Part shown: piece by piece, positions 60,557 through 64,000 of the stretch | How positions within the stretch are numbered: the first letter of the stretch is position 1 | Layout of the letters: each line of letters starts with the position of its first letter | DNA from: Novakomyces olei | Lineage: Eukaryota | DNA: 64,000 nucleotides | NCBI GenBank assembly: GCA_016906335.1 | Contig: JADEYG010000015.1 | Span: 124,001 to 188,000 of the forward strand | Reading direction: 5' to 3' | The notes under the pieces: generated by a model | Database searches by the model: none | The model's input: the letters and a program-made list of their open reading frames with translations, nothing else | What the model was told of the DNA's origin: nothing | Made by a program: the position numbers and the translations under genes

Positions 60557-63500
60557 ATGGCCGACAATGCGAATCTAGCTTCGTCGGATTTGGTGACGGA
60601 TCCAGTTGGAAATTTTGTTCCACCCTCCGTTCTCTTGCAACGTCAGCATTTAGAAGGTTCAGCGGCCGGTGAAGGTGGGAGCACAAGCAGTGAAAAAGCA
60701 AATGGCAAAAAGACGGGAAACGGAAGGAATATAGATGATTTGCTGCCTTCGCTTGATCAACTGTCTTCGTCGATTCCAATTTCAAGCAATGGAAGGAGCC
60801 ATGCGGCTTCAATCCGCTCGGAAACAATTACTTCATCTTTTAGCATTGAAAATGCACAACTTCAATCGCGGCGGGAATTGGGAAGCCGCACGTCTTTGCC
60901 CGACGTTCTTCGCCAAATTATGGATGTGACAAAGACGCGTATCAATATGTCGTCGTCAAAGACTAAGGGATTGACCACTTTTCTCATCTCGGGGAAGCCT
61001 GACGCCGTTACAAGGGCTCGGCGTGAACTACTCCGAGCCGTTTCGCCCACGGTGAGTTTAATCATGCATTTTTCTATACACGCTAGGTTTTAGTTTGAGG
61101 TTTTTACATTTAAATTTACATTTACATTTACATTTACATTTACATTTACATTTACATTTACATTTACATTTACATTTACATTTACATTTACATTTACATT
61201 TACATTTACATTTACATTTACATTTACATTTACATTTACATTTACATTTACATTTGTATTTATTATTTTTATTTTTTTATTTTTCTTTATAAATGTCTAA
61301 TGGCAGGTCCATGTCAGAGTACCCATCCCTCAGTCCGTCCGAGCATTTGTCATTGGTGCCAAAGGCAGGACACTGAATGCAATTATGGAACGAACTGGAA
61401 CACGTATCAATATACCTAAACGCGTTGCCGACGAAGGCGAAATTGGTTCGACTTTCCCTGGAGCATCAGCAAATTCTGAACTGGAGGACGAGCTTGTTGA
61501 TGTTGATATTGAAGGTGACGTTGAGGGAACGGCAATTGCCAAAGCAGAGATTGAGCAGATTGTAATCGATCGTACTTCTCAAACAACGATCCGTGTCTCG
61601 GGCTTAGAGCCGAATATTTTCCCGCTTCTTCTACCCTCTGCTACTGCTCTGGCAGCCGAGTATGGAGCAGCAGGAGAAGGAGACCAAAGGAGCATCAAAG
61701 TCAATTTTCCTCAGGGCCCAAACTATGGAGAAGATAGTTACATCCTGGTCAAAGGCGACAAGGAACAGGCTAAAGATTTCAAGGCTAAAATTGAAAGTCT
61801 ACATGATGAACTCGTCCGCTCTACTATCGAAACGCAAATTTCAGTGCCGAAACGGCAGCATCGCTTTATCGTAGGCGAAAAAAGAAGGGGTCTGGACGAG
61901 ATTCTGGCCGCTAGCCAATGTACCATTGGCGTGCCACCCGCGGATAGCGATTCAACAAGCATTACTATCAGAGGCCATCCCACAAAGATTGGAGAGGCTA
62001 TCCGATTGGCCATGGAGAGGGCTAACCAGGTAGCCCTGGACACGCTAAATGTTTTGCCTGCCCACGCAAGAACTGCCGAGGACCCTGTCCGGCATGCACG
62101 GGATATGATCCGTTATCTGCAACAAAAACGGGAATTCGCCCGCATTGAATCCCAGTTTGGTGTTTCAATTTTTCCACCCCGCAAGGAGGCGCTTTGGAAT
62201 GCAAATGCGGAGGAAATGGTGGTTGAAATTACTGGCGAGTCACGTGACGCAGTACAAAAAGCAAGGCAGGAGCTTATCAATAGCTTTAATTTGCTTTACC
62301 CCCCGCGTTTCTCCTACACGCAAATTGATCCGCTCCTTCATCAGCACGTGATCGGAGCCAAAGGCCGATCGGTGCAGAAGATCCGTGACTTGTTTAAAGT
62401 GGAGCTTTTATTTGCCGATGAGTCAGCTCAGGATCCGATTGTGGGATTGGTTTATGATGAATTGCCTTTGCCTTCGATCCAGCAAGTGCAGCAGACTCTG
62501 GCTCTGGTGGATGAAGAGTTGCAGACAACAGCGAGCCATGCAGCGTCCCTCATCACTGAAGAATTGAGTGTTCCCAGCAAGTATCATCGGCATATAATTG
62601 GCCCACAGGGCACTACATTGAACGCTATTATAGGCGACGCTAAAAGCAGTGTTCACGTTCGGCTCGGCCACTCAAGCAATGCTGCCGATGCCGATCGTAA
62701 AGGGTCAGAAGACTCCGTTATTGTACGTGGCCAAAAGCCCGAAGTTGACCGGGTAATTAAGGAAATTCAGGCACTTGTCAAGGAGGCAGCCGAGCACGAT
62801 TCCCTTCATGGACACGAGGCTTCTCACACTTTTGATACTAAATTTTCCAAAAACATTATCGGCCGCGGAGGAGCAAACATTGGCCGTATCCGTGAGGAAT
62901 TTGGAGTACAAATTGACGTGGGCGATGGAGTGATAAAAGTCAAAGGAATCAAGAAAAACGTGGAGGCAGCCATAAAGCAGATAAAGGAGCAATTACGTCG
63001 ATTGGCAGACGATACGATTGAGCGGCTGAGCATCCCACATTCTTTCCATGCTGCTCTTATCGGACAAAACGGAAAATTTGTGCGAAAACTGGAGGACAAG
63101 TATGACGTAAGGATCCATTTTTTCAAAGAGCAGACTGCGGAAAGTGGTGAGCAGCCGGATTTCCCTGATCGTCCTACAAACCCGGACGACGTAATCATCC
63201 ACGGACCGAAAAAAGGAGTCGCTGCAGCAAAGGCAGAACTGGTGGATCTGTGGAAGTATGAACGTGAAAATAGCAATACAGTCACGGTATCCGTGCCTCA
63301 GAGTACAATCCCGTCAATCGTGGGACGTGGCGGGTCTGTTATTGAAACGATACGTCAGGATTACGGGGTTCAAGTTGACGTGGGTGATGCCGTAAAGAGC
63401 GGAGATGGTATTGGCAGCAATGACGAAAAAGCCAATGAGTCTATTGTCAACGTGACGCTTCGCGGTACAAAGCAAGGCGTAAGTGAAGCTAAAGCCGCCA

Positions 63501-64000
63501 TTGACCAAATTGCGGCACAGGCAGAACGCGTAAGAACGCGTACCGTGCCCATCCCTCATTCCTTCCACCGCAATCTTATCGGATCAAGGGGTGCTAATCT
63601 TCGGGATATCGTGATCAGTGCGGGCGGCCCGGAAGATCCGACCCTGATTCACAGGATCGTCCGGTTTCCTCCGAGCGGCAGTGAGAGCGATGACGTATTG
63701 TTACGCGGAGACGGAGAGCTGATTGATGCGATTGCGCAACAGTTTGAACGGCTGTACGCAGAGCACGAAAGCCGGGTCACGTGTAGTGTGAACATTCCGG
63801 TTTCGCGGTTCGGCGCTTTGATTGGTCGAGGCGGGTCTGGACTTCGGCAGCTGATGGACAAGTACAATGTTAGCATTGAAGTGCCGAGATCAGCAAGTAA
63901 TAAAAAGAGTGGGCCGGACGGTAATATTGAGGAGCCCGTTTTGGTAAAAGGTGCGCGGGAGGATTGTGAAGCTGCGTGTGCCGAGATTGCAAAGGTGGGC
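60557..64000 (+). CDS. SCP160: Vigilin (multi-KH RNA-binding protein), runs past the window end; intron 61052-61306
   Basis: Repeated KH GxxG loops: FVIGAKGRTL, HRFIVGEK, HVIGAKG, HIIGPQGTTL, IIGRGGANI, LIGQNGKFV, IVGRGGSVI, NLIGSRGANL. Confidence 0.93.
61115..61252. repeat. Perfect (TTTACA)23 microsatellite in the vigilin intron
   Basis: Uninterrupted hexamer array of 138 bp. Confidence 0.95.

Noticed and set aside
61095-61292. ORF encoding (LH)n
   Set aside because: Translation of the intronic (TTTACA)n microsatellite.
1-64000. Alternative genetic code, transposons, tRNA or rRNA genes
   Set aside because: Where checked, CTG occurs at conserved Leu positions (e.g. ATP4 VLDSW) and no in-frame stops remain after splicing; no transposase, RT, LTR, cloverleaf or rRNA-like segment was recognised by eye.

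Overview
Gene-dense, intron-rich fungal (ascomycete) chromosomal DNA. I can model 28 protein-coding genes and 58 GT-AG introns by hand, all consistent with the standard genetic code. The gene set (METTL16/Mtl16, TBC1D13, GMPPA-like, ALKBH1, vigilin, Dfp1/Dbf4, and a complex I NDUFA1 subunit) and the intron signals suggest a non-Saccharomyces yeast-like fungus, possibly Taphrinomycotina; this placement is inference. Most genes are housekeeping: MPH1/FML1, ATP4, KAE1, ARH1, MTL16, TBC13, a GPI-type Ser/Thr-rich protein, APL5, NDUFA1, ATG13, GMPPA-like, seipin, PEX14, MAM3, a histidine acid phosphatase, an O-methyltransferase, a CYSTM protein, ETR1, a TPT-like transporter, DUR3, TAPT1/EMP65, MGM101, ERG9, ALKBH1, MsrB, NPY1, DBF4 and vigilin (truncated by the window end). 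No transposon, tRNA, rRNA or CRISPR is evident. The most notable observations are: (1) a stand-alone O-methyltransferase resembling mycosporine-pathway MysB, without its usual DDG synthase and ATP-grasp neighbours; (2) a distinctive splicing grammar, with a very short branch-point-to-AG spacing, CTAAA/CTTAY branch sites, many AAG acceptors and many donors lacking +5G; (3) an 8-intron METTL16 gene with an 11-nt microexon; (4) paired AACCCT/TTAGGG boxes upstream of mitochondrial-protein genes; (5) two candidate box C/D snoRNAs; (6) an overlapping uORF in MsrB; and (7) pervasive local tandem duplications in introns and intergenic DNA. All exon boundaries are manual inferences from protein-family knowledge and splice signals; no searches were run.
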